Positions 50,301 through 63,980 of a stretch of DNA of 64,000 nt are shown here, piece by piece. The notes beneath the pieces are model-generated. The model searched no databases, was not told where the DNA came from, and saw only the letters and a program-made list of their open reading frames with translations. The stretch comes from Takakia lepidozioides. Lineage: Eukaryota; Plantae; Bryophyta. The stretch spans positions 95,790,001-95,854,000 of the forward strand of contig CM060731.1 of NCBI GenBank assembly GCA_030704615.1, given 5' to 3'. Every line of letters starts with the position of its first letter. Within the stretch, counting starts at the first letter, position 1. The position numbers and the translations under genes are program-made.

Positions 50301-53300
50301 AGTATGACTGGAAGGGAGGACTGGATGAGGAGCAGGAAGCTACCCTATTTGCTGCACACCCAGAATGGGAGCAGGTTGCAGAGATGCGGCTGGAAAGCCT
50401 AAGTTGTTTGAGAGGTATCTGCGTGGTGTAGTGTATGACAGCAACACCAACTGAAGAAGAAACCAGCATTACCCATCACATTTCTATGAAGAAAGAGAAG
50501 GAGAAATAGAAATCCTAGAAGAACCAGCCACTGTGAGCTTACAGGATGAAGTGGTGACTGGTTGGACAATCACAGCTGATGAGCAGGTGAGAGAAGTAAA
50601 TGTGGGAACTCAGGAGGAACCGAGGAATGGTGAAAGTAGGAGCTGATTTGGAGCCGGAATTCTTCGAAGAAGCTAAAAGCTTGTTCATCAAATACAGAGA
50701 TGTATTTGCTTGGAGCTATGAGGATCTAAAAGGGATACCACCTGAAGTCTGTCAGCATAAAATTGAACTGGAACCAGGGTCAGTACCAATCAAGCAGGCG
50801 AGTATAGAATGAATCCCAACTACGCACAGAAGGTTGGAGAAGAGATAAAGAAGTTGGCTGAGGCTAAGTTTATATACCCAATAGAGTATACAACTTGGTT
50901 GTCACCATTGTTATAGTTCCCAAGAAGAATGGCAACTAAGAGTATGTGTGAACTATAAGAAGCTGAATGCTTGTACGAAGAAAGATCCTTTCCCTTTGCC
51001 ATTCACAGAAGCAGTATTAGACACTGTGGCAGGCCATGAGATGTACTCATTCATGGATGGCTTCAGTGGTTATAATCAAGTGCAAGTGGCAGAAGAAGAC
51101 CAAGGGAAAACAGCTTTCATCACAGACTGGGGGGCTTATGCATACAAAGTCATGCCCTTTGGACTTTGTAATGCACCAGCGACCTTTCAGAGAGTGATAA
51201 TGAATCTTTTCAAGAGTATCTGGATGATTTCATGCAGGTGTTTTTGGATGATTTCAGTGTGTACAGCTCTAAGAATGAGCACTTGCATAAATTGGAGTTA
51301 TGCCTGGCCAGATGCAGGATGAGAGGTCTGGGCTTGAATCCAGAGAAGTGTACTTTCTGTGTGAACTCAGGGGTGCTTCTGGGACACATTGTGTGTAAGA
51401 AGGGACTCCTTGTGGATCCCAGGAAGACAGAGTCCATTAAAGCCTCTCCACCACCAGTGAATGTTAAGAGTTTAAGGAGATTCCTTGGGCAAACCAGTTA
51501 TTACAGAAGATTTGTCAAAAGGTATGCACAAATAGCAGCACCATTGAGCAAGCTTCTGAAGAAAGATGCAGTGTTTGCATGGACAGCTGAATGTCAACAG
51601 GCGTTTGAGGAACTTACACTGTCAGTAACAACTACACCTGTGCTGATTAACCCTCACTGGCATGTAGTATTTCATGTTCACTGCGATGCATCAGGAGAAG
51701 CGTTGGGAGCGGTGTTAGCCCAGAATGTTACAGGGAATATAGATTCACCTGTGTACTATGCTAGCCGGTTGATGAACAGTGCTGAGAGGAACTATAGCAC
51801 AACGGAAAGAGAAGCATTGGCAATGATCTATGCAGTGAAGAAATTCAGGCATTACCTATTGGGAAGAAAGTTTATGTTTTATGTGGATCACCAGGCTCTG
51901 ATATATCTGGTGAACAAACCTTTGATAAGTGGAAGGATAGCGAGGTGGTTAATAATCTTGCATGAGTTTGAGTTCGAGGTTATTTACAAGCCTGGCCGTT
52001 TGCATCTTGTGGCAGATCATTTGTCACGACTAACAACAGGAGAGGCCGCCACAGGAGTGGACGATCAGTTACCTGATGCGAGTTTATTTGTAATGGAGGT
52101 GCAAGGAAGTGCAGATGAATGGTTAGATTGGCAGTGGCCAATCAGATACTACCTTGCTCATGGTCAGTGCCCACCTAGTTATGGTGTAAGGAGCAGAGGA
52201 AGAGAATTGCTATCAGAGCTTTACCTTATACTATGGTAGGAAGCAGAATGTATAAGTTAGGACCTGATGGAGTACTAAAACGATGCTTGTACCACCATGA
52301 AGTAAATAAAGTCTTGGAGGAAGTTCATAAAGGAGTGGCTGGAGGTCATTTTGGAGAAGAGACTACCAGTAGAAAGATACTACTCGCAGGATACTGGTGG
52401 CCTACTTTGTTCAAAGATGTACATGAGTATTGTCAGAAGTGTGATGAATGTCAGAGGCTAGGACCTTTGCAGAGATCTGGAAGAATGGCCTTGCATCCTA
52501 CAATGCCTACGGAACCATTTCAGAAATGGGGACTAGACTTTGTTGGACCAATTAATCCACCATCCAAGAATACACAAAACAGGTACATAATTACAGCCAC
52601 TGATTATACTACAAAGTGGGTGGAAGCTAAAGCTTTGAGGGACAACACAGCCAAGTCCACAGCAAGGTTCCTGTACGAGAACATACTTACACGATTTGGA
52701 TGTCCCTTAGAATTTATCAGTGATCAAGGAAGTCACTTCATGAATGAGACCATTGAGTTATTGACTAAAGAGTTTATGATTGTGCATAGAAAGAGTACAA
52801 CATATTACCCACAGGGTAATGGACAGGCAGAGGCTACCAACAAAATACTATGTACTATCTTGGCTAAGATAGTCAATGCAAACAGAACGGATTGGGATAC
52901 AAAGCTGCTGACAGCTTTATGGTCATACAGGACTTCGTATAAAGTCACCACAAAGTATACACCATTCCAATTAGTTTATGGTATGGAAGCCTTACTTCCA
53001 GTGGAATTCCTGTTACCTACCATGAGAACGGAGTGGGGAAAAAGAATGGAATTGCAAGACTCCATCAAGGTCAGGAAACATGAATTATACCATGTGGAAG
53101 AAGTACGTGCTGATGCAGCGGATAATATGACCAGAATTCAGATGAAGCGAAAGGAACAGTTTGATGAAGGCAAATTAAAGACTTTTAAGACGGGGGATTT
53201 GGTTCTATGGTTGCAGAAGAAAGGAAAGATTCAAGCTTCTAAGCTTAAATCACCATGGAAAGGACCTTATGTCATACAAAAGATGTATGATAACAACACA

Positions 53301-53771
53301 GCCATGTTACAAACCATTAACAAAGAAATGCTGGGAAGAGTCAATGCAAATAAGTTGAAGGGGTACAGTGGTATCCATGACAAACCCCTGCAGCATGATT
53401 TGCATGTTGAACCGCAAGAGCAGTCACGGGCTGCACCAGTGTTACGAACGGAGTATGGAACACTTGTCGCTAGGCCCAGTATATATGACCGGGGTGGGCA
53501 AAACAAACGTGACACAGCCTATCACAGCCCATCACGGCGTGATACAGCCTATCACAGCCCACACGGCGTGACACAGCCTATCACAGCCCAGCAAGGCGCA
53601 ACACAGCCTATCACAGCCCATCACGGCGTCACACAGCCTATCACAGCCCATCACGGCGTGACACAGCCTATCACAGCCCGTCACGACGTGACACAGCCTA
53701 TCACAACCTACCGCAGCGTGTCACAGCCTATCACAGCTTACCACAGGGCAACACAGCCTATCACAGCGTAA
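47383..53771 (+). pseudogene. gag-pol of copy 2 (complete gag with zinc knuckles; many 1-bp indels)
   Basis: WCAKCQNEGHTTTEC, CTICKMDNHSTENC; pol fragments match 31041..35420. Confidence 0.88.
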
Positions 53772-54375
53772 CACAGTATGACACAGCCTGTCACAGCTCA
53801 ACACAGCCTACTAAAGTTACACGATCCATAGAATCAGTGACAAGTGGACACATAAAAACTTCAGGAAAATGGCTGAAGGAAGAAGAAACGGAAATTAATT
53901 TAAAAATAGACACGTGGAGGTCAGGGTGCGACACACAGCAGAGAATGAAGTGCAAGGACAGGTGTCAAAAAGAAAGAGGACAAGAACGGCCGTCAAAAGG
54001 GATGAAAGGCGGGCCCATTAATGAATACGGAAAAAGGGAAACAGAACGAACGGCAAGTACAGAAAAACTGAATTCATGTCGCATGTGTGATCCTAGTGGA
54101 CTATCCAACAGGGAAAGTCCACTAAAGAAGATAAAAGTTAAAATCCAGTCACAGCGGATACAGCCAATAGAAAACCAGAGAAATGATCAAGAAAATGGAG
54201 GGAAATTAAGCGCAAGAGGCGGCGTCGTTCTGAGTAACGGGCGTCTCGACAGGACAGGCCATAAATGCTATAACTTGGAAACTATGGAGGAACTAACAGA
54301 CTATACGCTCGCAATATTATTACGCAATGGCAGAGACACGAAACGAAAGAGCAGAGCTTTTCTCTTGAACAATGC

Positions 54376-57300
54376 TTGCAAGCCCCGCAGGCTTACAAGA
54401 GATTACCCATAGCTTTCTGCGGCAACCATACGTTTCTGCTTTGTGCACTACAGGCATTCCTGCAGTTGTTACAGCCAAAGCAGTTCTGTGAGTCTAAGAT
54501 GAAGAGAGTGAGAGGAATGGAGGAAATCAGGGTGAAGAGCACCACAATTCTGCAGAAACAAACGATGGCTACCCCACAGGCGATAAAGATACTGAAGGAG
54601 CTGAGATTGGAAGGATTGCAAAGCATGGATTGGACACTACACCATAGACAGTACATGTTACAATTTTTGCAGAACTTTGAGCCAAAGACAGGAACAACAA
54701 CGGTGAAGGGAGTTGAATTAATGATTACTCCCCTATACCTCCAGCAATTGTTTCGATTGCCAGAAGGTCATGTGTATGTGGAGGAACACAGAGAAAGACT
54801 GCAAATAGGGGATTTATTCCAAGAAGGGAGTTTCTTTAAAACTCAGGGTTATGCTTGTACCAAAGCTGTGTACCCAGGGTTAAAAGACATAGGCCAAGTA
54901 TTGAACGTTCTGATTGCCCTGAAACAGAACCAACAATATTTGAGCAGATCCTTCACAGAGGAAATCCTCAAAGGCTTGAAGGGACAAGAGGTACCATGGG
55001 CGGACATAATGTACAACGCACTGGTAGAGGAGATGAAAAGATTACAAGGTACTACCGCAAAATCTCCTATCATAGTGTCTGGCCCAATCATTGCTCAAAT
55101 AATCCTTAGTTCTGGCATACTTAATGCACAAGAAAGGAAGGAAATGGGAGTGTTTGAGCCAGAAACAACTGCAATGGAAGAGCAAGGCTCTTCACACAGT
55201 GAGGGTGGACTAGCAGCACAACCCGAGACTAAGAGGCAGAGAAGGGGAAAGACTGTAGTGGCGGATCCACTGGCTTCACGGATTCCGCATGATAATGTTT
55301 CCCAAGCTCATGACCAGGGAGGGGCACAGCAGCACAAAAGAATGTTATTACTGGAAGCAGGACCTTCAGAGAGGGAGGAAGAAGTTACTTCTGCATCACA
55401 ACCAACACAGCCACTTGAACGACTTGTCACAAGGTCACAAGTTATCCATGCAGCTCAACCCGAAATAATAGATTTGGAAAGTGAAGGGATAGATATTCCA
55501 ACTACAGAACAGATAGTGGCGGAAATAGAGAAAGGGGACCTTCTCTATGAATATTCTGGTCTGGTCAAGCAGACAGAAATCCCAGAGGTGCAACAGTTGC
55601 CCAAGAGAAATCCTGAGGTACATATAATGCACACACCTGTGTCGGAGGTACCACAGGCGGAAGGCCATGACACTGTAGCACCGGTCATAAATGAAGTAGT
55701 TCAGGAAGAAAATCCGGTGGGACAATGGTCTGAATGGTTAGTGAGACATCATACTGTTGAAGATCGGGAGGAACAGCAGCAACCTCACCATGATGACCCT
55801 CAACAGGCAATGCTGATGAATTCCATAGGCAGGACACTTAATTTGTTGGGGACTTATGTCAAAACCCATGTTCCAATTACCCAATTGACAGCCTTGAAAG
55901 AAGAACTCAGGAAGGAGTTTGAGGCTCGACTTGCCACTGAGTGTTCAAACAAGGTCGATGAAGAGGTCACTCTCAAGATGAAGCAGGACTTGGCCAATAC
56001 AGAAATGGCTTTGCAATTGGCCAAGCAACAATTGATTGAGGCAGGCCTCGCGCAAGACCAGTTGCACGAAGCACATAAGCAACAGCTATACCAAATGCAG
56101 GTGCAGCATGAAAGCAAGTTGCAAGAACTGAATGCACTACATACGGAGTTGCAGACAGTGCATAACAGGATGGCGATACAATGTGCTACATTTACAACTA
56201 TGCTTGACCAATCAACAAAAGAAATAAACAGTCAAGCGGAAAAATGTACGAAGGCAGAAGAAGAGAATGTGGAACACATGAAGCTCATTGTCGATATGAA
56301 GAATACAATCTGTCGCAATGAAGATACTTTCAAGCAATACAGGCAGATGGAAGCTGAGAATGAGAAATACATCGTGGAGTTGCAACAAACCATCGTGGCC
56401 AATAGAAATGAAATCGCGGTCAGTAACAAGGCTTCGAAAGAAGCCAATAATCTACTTGCTGCCTATGCGCAATTGGTTGAGCCACAGGCGAAGCGCATGA
56501 AGGCTTTACAACAGCAGTTGGAATTGTATAAGCTAAGAGAGGAGCAAACTCTCAGGGGAACCACAAGCAGCTTGGTGGATAACAGCCTTATGCAGGTCTG
56601 GTTAGCACAAGGGCCAGTAGAGGGCAAAAGCCCACGGAAGCTCACCCAAAGCGAGATGAATGAGCTCAGACTGCAGGTGCAGAACATTGCCACAACTACT
56701 ATAGACAATGTCTATAGTAGGATAGCAGAGTTACAAGAGGATGTAGACGGACTCCAGACTCAAGTGGAAGACCTCACTTCAAACATCGACCAAAGAGTCT
56801 ATATCCCTCAGGAACAGCTAATGGCTTCTTATTTGCAAGCCAGAACTCTGGCTTTTCAGTCTTCACAGGAGGTGCAGGAGATGCCAATGGTACAGGAACC
56901 AGTACCACCACCACCACAACAGGTCAGTGTACCAGTAGCTGAACCTGTGGTTACTACAACCACACCACAGCCACCACAGCCGGAGGTATGGGGCAATGCA
57001 GCTTTTAACCCACCTAAAACTCCAGCTGCCAGGGAGTACAGTAGGGCTATGATTATGCCCTTCAACCAAATTCCCATCATGTTGGATTTGGCTTGGAAAG
57101 AATTTAGTCCTCCGCAGTCATTCGCACATTACTACCAAATCATGCGTATTTGGCTGCCAGTGGCAACCAGGACTAAAGTTCTTCCAAACAATCGACATAT
57201 TGAAGATCATCACTTTGCACAATACTGGCACGAGGCAGGTACCATGTTGAGGGAATTGGTTGCTTTCCAGGTTGTACATGGACTCATTTATACCAAGACC

Positions 57301-58050
57301 AAGGAGATAGCAAGTATTGTCATGGGGTGCGGGCTATACTACGCTGCTTGTTTCCTGATACGTTACCACATAGAGCAACAAAAGATGCAAGCACGCTTTC
57401 AAAGTTACTCCAGTGGAGATCATTGGGTATTACCTTCGGTGCCACCTCATATGTACCTATATGACCCAAAAGTTATGATACAAAAGGATTCTCAAATTCG
57501 TTCATGGTTTCAAGCAGCCTGCAACAATTTGTCAACACAGAAATTCGGACTTGATGACATTTTCTATAAGGGACATATCGCATGGAAATACTTGCACGCG
57601 GCACCAGTAATTGGTACCCCACTCATCTGGACAGACAAGGAGCTCAGTGTCTACACCAATTTTGCTGTTCAACGGTTACACCAGGTTGTAAAATGCAAAC
57701 TTCCAGACATGGTAGGACAGCATTGTATGCCCCAGATGATTCCACAAAAAGTTCGAAAATTAAAACACCTGAGAGGCGATGAGGATTCTGATACAACTGT
57801 TTCTTCACAAAATTCTTTTGACATGGGAGAAGACTATGCAATTCAGATGGAAGAGAAGAAACAAAGGGGATCTCCTATGCCGGAAAGATTACCTCGATAT
57901 CAACCTCCAGAAGGCCTCACTTATCCAGGTAGTGATCAACCATCTCCATCAACCAGAGACAGACCTCGGGCTCGTACACACAGCCCACCACGAAACTCTC
58001 AACGTCAACAAGGTGCTCACTCACAAAGGGTTGCTACTCGGAAACAGTAA
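54376..58050 (+). CDS. Intact 1224-aa 3' extra ORF: Athila/plant-transposon-type N-terminal domain, long coiled coil, unknown C-terminal domain
   Basis: Long ORF between integrase and PPT; QFLQNF...TVKGVELMITP..L..LF.LP pattern; heptad-rich middle. Confidence 0.8.
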   Translation: MQAPQAYKRLPIAFCGNHTFLLCALQAFLQLLQPKQFCESKMKRVRGMEEIRVKSTTILQKQTMATPQAIKILKELRLEGLQSMDWTLHHRQYMLQFLQNFEPKTGTTTVKGVELMITPLYLQQLFRLPEGHVYVEEHRERLQIGDLFQEGSFFKTQGYACTKAVYPGLKDIGQVLNVLIALKQNQQYLSRSFTEEILKGLKGQEVPWADIMYNALVEEMKRLQGTTAKSPIIVSGPIIAQIILSSGILNAQERKEMGVFEPETTAMEEQGSSHSEGGLAAQPETKRQRRGKTVVADPLASRIPHDNVSQAHDQGGAQQHKRMLLLEAGPSEREEEVTSASQPTQPLERLVTRSQVIHAAQPEIIDLESEGIDIPTTEQIVAEIEKGDLLYEYSGLVKQTEIPEVQQLPKRNPEVHIMHTPVSEVPQAEGHDTVAPVINEVVQEENPVGQWSEWLVRHHTVEDREEQQQPHHDDPQQAMLMNSIGRTLNLLGTYVKTHVPITQLTALKEELRKEFEARLATECSNKVDEEVTLKMKQDLANTEMALQLAKQQLIEAGLAQDQLHEAHKQQLYQMQVQHESKLQELNALHTELQTVHNRMAIQCATFTTMLDQSTKEINSQAEKCTKAEEENVEHMKLIVDMKNTICRNEDTFKQYRQMEAENEKYIVELQQTIVANRNEIAVSNKASKEANNLLAAYAQLVEPQAKRMKALQQQLELYKLREEQTLRGTTSSLVDNSLMQVWLAQGPVEGKSPRKLTQSEMNELRLQVQNIATTTIDNVYSRIAELQEDVDGLQTQVEDLTSNIDQRVYIPQEQLMASYLQARTLAFQSSQEVQEMPMVQEPVPPPPQQVSVPVAEPVVTTTTPQPPQPEVWGNAAFNPPKTPAAREYSRAMIMPFNQIPIMLDLAWKEFSPPQSFAHYYQIMRIWLPVATRTKVLPNNRHIEDHHFAQYWHEAGTMLRELVAFQVVHGLIYTKTKEIASIVMGCGLYYAACFLIRYHIEQQKMQARFQSYSSGDHWVLPSVPPHMYLYDPKVMIQKDSQIRSWFQAACNNLSTQKFGLDDIFYKGHIAWKYLHAAPVIGTPLIWTDKELSVYTNFAVQRLHQVVKCKLPDMVGQHCMPQMIPQKVRKLKHLRGDEDSDTTVSSQNSFDMGEDYAIQMEEKKQRGSPMPERLPRYQPPEGLTYPGSDQPSPSTRDRPRARTHSPPRNSQRQQGAHSQRVATRKQ

Positions 58051-58088
58051 ACCGTGAGGACACGGCTTTTTGAGGGGGGAAGGGGTAA

Positions 58089-59033
58089 TGTTAGAGGACT
58101 GTAGGGGACTTAGACACTTATACGGGATCTGTAGGGTACCCTTAATTTTTGCACAGACTGAGACAAACAGGAACCTTAGGGGTGACAGCAGCGCACTGTA
58201 GAGGGGGGTTACATAGCCCACACAGCCGACACAGCAGTCACAGCCCACACAGCCAACACAGCCCGTCACAGTCGTCACAGCCCACACAGCCGTCACAGTC
58301 GTCACAGCCCACACAGCCCACACAGCCCGTCACAGTCGTCACAGCAGACACAGCCCACACAGCCAGTCACAGCCCGACACAGCCAAACACAGCCAGTCGC
58401 CGCTTGACACAGCTGTCACGATAATAGGGAACGAAGAGTAGGACAGGGAACGACTGTGGGGAACAACACCAGTGAAGGGAACATGTTAGTTCACATACGA
58501 CGGTTAGAGAGGGAAACGGTTAGAACCGCGGATAGGAGGATAAAGGGAAGAACGGGGAATAGGAAGGGGATCATTATTGGGGAGGACTTCGGAGACAGGC
58601 GGGAGCGGAGATCAGAGAGCACGATGAAGGAGAAAAGAGGATTAGTAGATGCTTGTCATATGCAAAGCTAGAGTGATATTGTAGAGCAGATTAGAGACAT
58701 AATGGCTTCGGCCTGATACCTGATAAATCATAATCTGATACTTATACGATACAATCACACTGTGTAGAGAGATCTGAGTGAAGCTGTGGATTGAATGGAG
58801 GAGTTAAGGAAACCGATAAATTGATGAAGCAAACTGATACTTAATTATCAATGGTAAGGTAGCTAAGATGAATGCGGAAAAGGAAACAAATAGGAAACAC
58901 CCCCATGATACACTAGCTGTAGGTCATGACTGATTGTTCTGCGCGGGCTGAGTACTTAGAGATTTCCAACTCTTCTATCTTGGAGTTTCCGCCTCGGATA
59001 GCGAAGGGATGGGTGAGTAAAAGCCGCGCGACA
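58089..59033 (+). repeat. 3' LTR of Athila-like copy 2
   Basis: TGTTAGAGG...GCGACA after the PPT. Confidence 0.93.
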
Positions 59034-60041
59034 GCCTCCGCCTCCTTGAGTGCCTTGGGCACTCAAGGGTGCTTCAGCCCCCCGTATCTATCGCTGCCGC
59101 TGCCCCCACCACAGGGGCAGCCCCTCATGTGTCCCGACCCCCCCTGCCCTCAAGGCAAAGGGCCGCGACACACACCCCTACCAATAGGAAGTCGATGTCC
59201 TCATCGACTTGTCCATTTTGTAGAAACGAACATCCAAGTTGTGGCGTCCCACATCAAGGAGTTTGTTTCCGTACCATGGCGTCCCATGGCAAAGAACCAA
59301 ACCCCACACTTGACTCTACTCTCCACTAGCTAGTTCGGTCGACTTCCTCCAAGTCCCGGCCAAGGGTGGAGCCTCTCCAGCTCCTCCCAGTGCACTCTTC
59401 TTGGCCTACTTCAAGGCCAAGGAACGATCCTCCCCGAGGATCGAATCGCCTTACTGCAACAACATTGCTTGCGACCGCTCATGATGCCGCTTTTGGCATC
59501 ACCTTGAGCAAGGGTTCCCTGGAACCCTCTTTGACTAGGAAGATAACCTTGAACCAACCGTGCGCCCCAATCACTACAATTGGGTCCGCCTTGGAATGCT
59601 GGCCTGAGGTACGGGAACACGTCGAAGCCGCACTACGACTTTGTCCCGAGGCTACACGATTATAGTACGTGAACGGAAGCACGTAGCTTCCGCGTTAGCC
59701 TGCACTACAAGGCAACCCCCTCGGTAGCGCAGTTATAGTACGCGCACGCGCCAGGTGCGCACTAGCACGTGAACTCCCAAGTAAGGCGCAAGTTTCCTTG
59801 CCCCTTGGATGGGGGTCACCCGATTTCGGCACTACGCAAACACACGATTAACCCAATTTACCTCTCCCACTTTTATAAGCTAGCATGCATTCTACACACT
59901 AGCCAACCATACCATGCATCACCATTCCAAACAAAATAGGACGCACAACATTTGGAATCCATTTCATTTATAATAAATTTTTGTACAATACAAGTTTTTG
60001 TAATCGGATTCCTAAGCTAGCTAAGCCGGGCTAAGCATGCA
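59034..60041 (-). repeat. 3' LTR of chromovirus copy 2, cut by the Athila-like insertion
   Basis: Reverse complement of about 6506-7500. Confidence 0.88.
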
Positions 60042-60074
60042 TTTCCTCCCCACGCTCCAAGGTTGATGTCCCCA

Positions 60075-63000
60075 TCAACGTCTCTTCCGCTTTTGAGGTC
60101 GCCCTTCGAAAGCTGCAACCGCCTCGGATGCGTTTCCCATTTCTGAGGCACGCACCCAAGATGCCTCCACATGATGATAGCCCTTCCATTTGACGAGATA
60201 CTCCGTTTCTCGGTTCTTGAACCTCCTCGACTTAAGTATTGCCTCCACCTCGTACTCAGGTTCATTTTCATGATCCAACAGCATAGGTGGCGGACGCAAC
60301 ACTTGATGCCGATTCGGACGCGCTTCATCTTTGAAGTAAGGCTTCAAAAGGGAGACATGGAATACTGGGTGCACCTTGCTGTTTGCCGGCAGCTCCAATT
60401 CATACACATCCTCATTCATAACCTTCCGAATGCGAAAGGGTCCCGCATACGGAGGTACGAACTTCGGACTCACTTCCGGAGGTAGTCGGAAATTCTTGAT
60501 GTTCAACCAGACCTCTGTGCCTGCCTCAAACTTCACTTCCCTTTGCTTCCGATTCGCCTGCCTTTCATACCGTTTCCTAGCTTTGGCAATGTTGTACTTT
60601 GCGAGCTTCAACAAACGCTCGCGTTCTTCCAGTATCGCCGCTACTGCCGGTTCCTCAACGTCCTGGGCGGCCCAACTTGTCGGCACCAGGGGTGCTTTTC
60701 CATAGACCAATACAAAAGGGGAAACTCCCGTTGAGGAGTGTTCTGTGTTATTATAACAGAACTCTGCCGCGTCTAAGTGTTCCACCCAGTCTGTTTGGTC
60801 TGCCGACACGTAATTCCGTAGGATCTGTTTCACTACGGAATTCACTCTTTATGTTTGGCCGTCGGTCGTAGGTTGGAAGGCGGTGCTCATCTTCAGCCTC
60901 GTCCCCATCTTCTTCCAAAGTGCCCTCCAAAATTTACTGGTAAACTTTGGATCGCGGTCCGAAACAATATCCTTCGGGATTCCATGATGCTTTAAGACGT
61001 GGGCGAAGTAAAGTCGCCCTGTTTCCTGTGCCGTTGCTGTCTCCTTGGTGGGGATGAAATGACCCATTTTACTGAACCTATCCACCACCACCATGATTGC
61101 ATCGAATCCTTTTGACAGCGGCATAGCAGTCATGAAATCCATCGAGACGCTTTCCCAAGTCCCCTCTGGAATCGGCAAGGGTTGTAACAGCCCCGCTTGC
61201 TTTTTGTACTCACTCCGGTTTTGTTGGCATGTGGTGCATGTCTTGACATACTCCTCTGCCTCCTCCCTCAGTTTGGGCCAGAAATACTCTTTCTTCAAGA
61301 GTGCCGCAGTGCGCTTGGCTCCGCCGTGGCCCGCAAGCGGGCTATCATGGCATTCTCTCAAGAGGCTATCTCTGATCCCTCCCTTCGGCACGTAGAGACG
61401 CTTTTGCTTATACCGGAGCAGTCCATTTTGCAAGTGGAACTGCGATTTAACCCCCATCCTCAAGTCCTGCATCACGGACTTCGCCAGCTCATCCTTCCGG
61501 ATCTTCCTTTGGAGCGCCATCTCGCCCTTGTACACCAACAAGAGCTGCTGCTTTCTACTTAAAGCATCGGCCACCACGTTGTCTCGTCCCGGTTTGTACT
61601 GGATATCCACGTCGAACACCGCCAAAGTATCTTGCCACCTAAGTAGTTTTGGGGATAACTTGGGCTGCGTGGAAAAATACTTCACCGTGACATTGTCCGT
61701 GAACACCTTCACTGGGTTGGAACCAACATAGTGGCGCCAAAGCTTAAGACAGTGCACCACCGCCTTCATCTCTTTTTCGTGCGTCGGCCACCGTCGCTCC
61801 ACTTCATTCAGTTTCTTACTTTCGTAAGCCACTGGACGTTCATCTTGCATAAGTACACCACCAATCGCGAAGTCCGACGCATCTGTATGAATCTCAAATG
61901 GACGATCGAACTCTGGGATTTTCAAGACTGGAGCTTCCGCCATCCGCTGCTTCAATTCAGCAAAAGCTTGGCCACAAAATGTGTTCCATACCCAGACTTT
62001 GGATTTACACAGAAGGTCTGACAGCGGCCCCGCAATCTTGGCGAAATTTCTCACATACTTCCGGTAATAGGAGGCGAGTCCTAGGAAGGATCGCACTCCC
62101 GGGACCGAAGTCGGAGGCTCCCAGTCCAAGATCGCCCTCACCTTTCTGTCATCCATTTTGATCCCATCCTGTGTAATCACATGCCCCAAGAACTCCACTT
62201 TTGTGACCCCGAATTCGCACTTTGAAGCTTTGGCATACAGCTTCCCTTCCTGCAATTTTTGGAACACCCTTTTGAGGTGCTCCAGGTGCTCCTCCTTTGT
62301 TTTCGAGTACACCAAGATGTCGTCGATGTACACGATCACAAAGTCATCCAACCACTCCTGGAAAAGGCTGTTCATCAGCATGCTAAATGTCGTTGGTGCA
62401 TTGGTGAGCCCAAAAGGCATCACCAAAAACTCATATGAACCATACCTTGTCCTGCACGCGGTCTTCTCCTCATCTCCTTCCGCCACCCGAATTTGATGAT
62501 AGCCGGAGCGCAAGTCGATCCGGCTGAAATACTTCGCTCCTGCCAACCGATCGAAGAGGTCGTCGATCCTTGGCAAAGGGTACCGGTTTTTGATAGTCAC
62601 CTTATTCAGAGCCCTGTAATCGACACACATCCGCAGCGTCCCATCCTTCTTGTCTGCAAATAGCACCGGGGCTCCGTAAGGTGACTTACTCGGCCGGATG
62701 TACCCCTTTGACATTAGATCCTTGAGCTGAGTCTTCAGCTCGACCAACTCTCTGTGGCTCAACCGGTAGGGCGCCTTGGCAGGCGGTTCCAATCCCGGTA
62801 TCACCTCAATCTTGTGGTCAACTCTTCTTCGCGGTGGCAAGCCGCTTGGTAAATCCTCCGGCATCACATCCTGGTATTTCTCCAAAATCCCCTTGATCCA
62901 ATCTGGGCTCGGCTCCCCATCGCCTTCTCCTTTCACTTCTCTAATGTAAAGCAAAAACTGGGGCTCGTGTGCCTCCTCCACGGCCCACTCCCTTGCTGAC

Positions 63001-63980
63001 AGAAGGTTTATTCGCCCTCCCACGGATTTGGGCATTTCCGACACTCGTAAAACCTCGCCACCATTCCCACATGGCTGCGTGACCACTCTCTTGCGGCCAT
63101 CTATGACCGCTCCGGATTTGCTCAAAAAGGTCATCCCCAAAATGAGATCCACTCCATCGATCTCGCAGACGGTGAAGTTCTCACGTCCCTCCCAACTCCC
63201 CAGTTGAAGAGGAACATCAAACGCCAACCTTGTCGCCAACTGTGGTTCTCCTTTGGCAGAGCGCACCTCAATAGAGGCCCCCACGTCACTTGTCGGGAGT
63301 CCCAACTTTCGCACCGTCGCCGGCGTCATGAAGGAGTGCGATGCTCTTGTGTCCACCAACAACGACACGTTAGTTCCGGATATTATCCCATCCACGAACA
63401 ATAACTGACTCCCTTTACGCAGGGCGCCAGTTTCCTGATACAACTCACAAGAATAGTTGCCTACCTTGCAAGTCCTGGCGACCACCGCTTCCACCAAGCG
63501 ACTGATGGTATCTTCCGACAGCTCCGTGGTTGCCCGAGTCATGTTCAATTGACGAGGTTTTGTGCACTTCTTGGCCATGTGCCCGGGCTCCCCGCAATTG
63601 AAACACACTCTATCAAAGGTCGCCTTCTGTCCGCCATAAGCCGCTCCACCCGCTTTTTCTTTCGAAGCACCGGGTGCCGCCTTGACGTGTGAAGGCCCTC
63701 CCTTTGATTTCCACGTGCCATTGTCGCCGCGTGGCCTATCCCACTTCTTTTCCGGTCGGAAGGAGTCACCTTCCCGCCGGGTCTTCTTGTGGTTCAGCTC
63801 CGTACGGCCTTGTCTCTCACCCCTAGGGACATCCGAGAAACATTCAGCCCTCTCAATTGCCTCGTTCAAAGTCTTGGGTGGCTTCTCCTCCAACTTCCGC
63901 CTGGCCCATGGGGCCAGCCCCGCCACAAAGTTGAAGACCATTTCCGGTTCTGCCATGTCCGCGACTTCGAGCAACAACAC
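60075..63980 (-). pseudogene. gag-pol with a single in-frame stop (60849-60851) and a mutated protease site (DTRA)
   Basis: ORFs 60849..63980 and 60075..60845 are in the same frame; GQT* replaces GQxE. Confidence 0.92.

Larger units (their letters stand above)
47029..59033 (+). mobile_element. Athila-like element copy 2; 5' end lost in the gap; inserted into the LTR of chromovirus copy 2
   Basis: Highly similar to 29620-40791; LTR end GCGACA abuts chromovirus LTR sequence. Confidence 0.93.

Noticed and set aside
47029-52240. Dense frameshifts as biological decay or programmed frameshifting
   Set aside because: 1-bp indels cluster next to the gap and fade with distance, typical of a low-quality contig end; the same caveat applies to the MULE frameshifts
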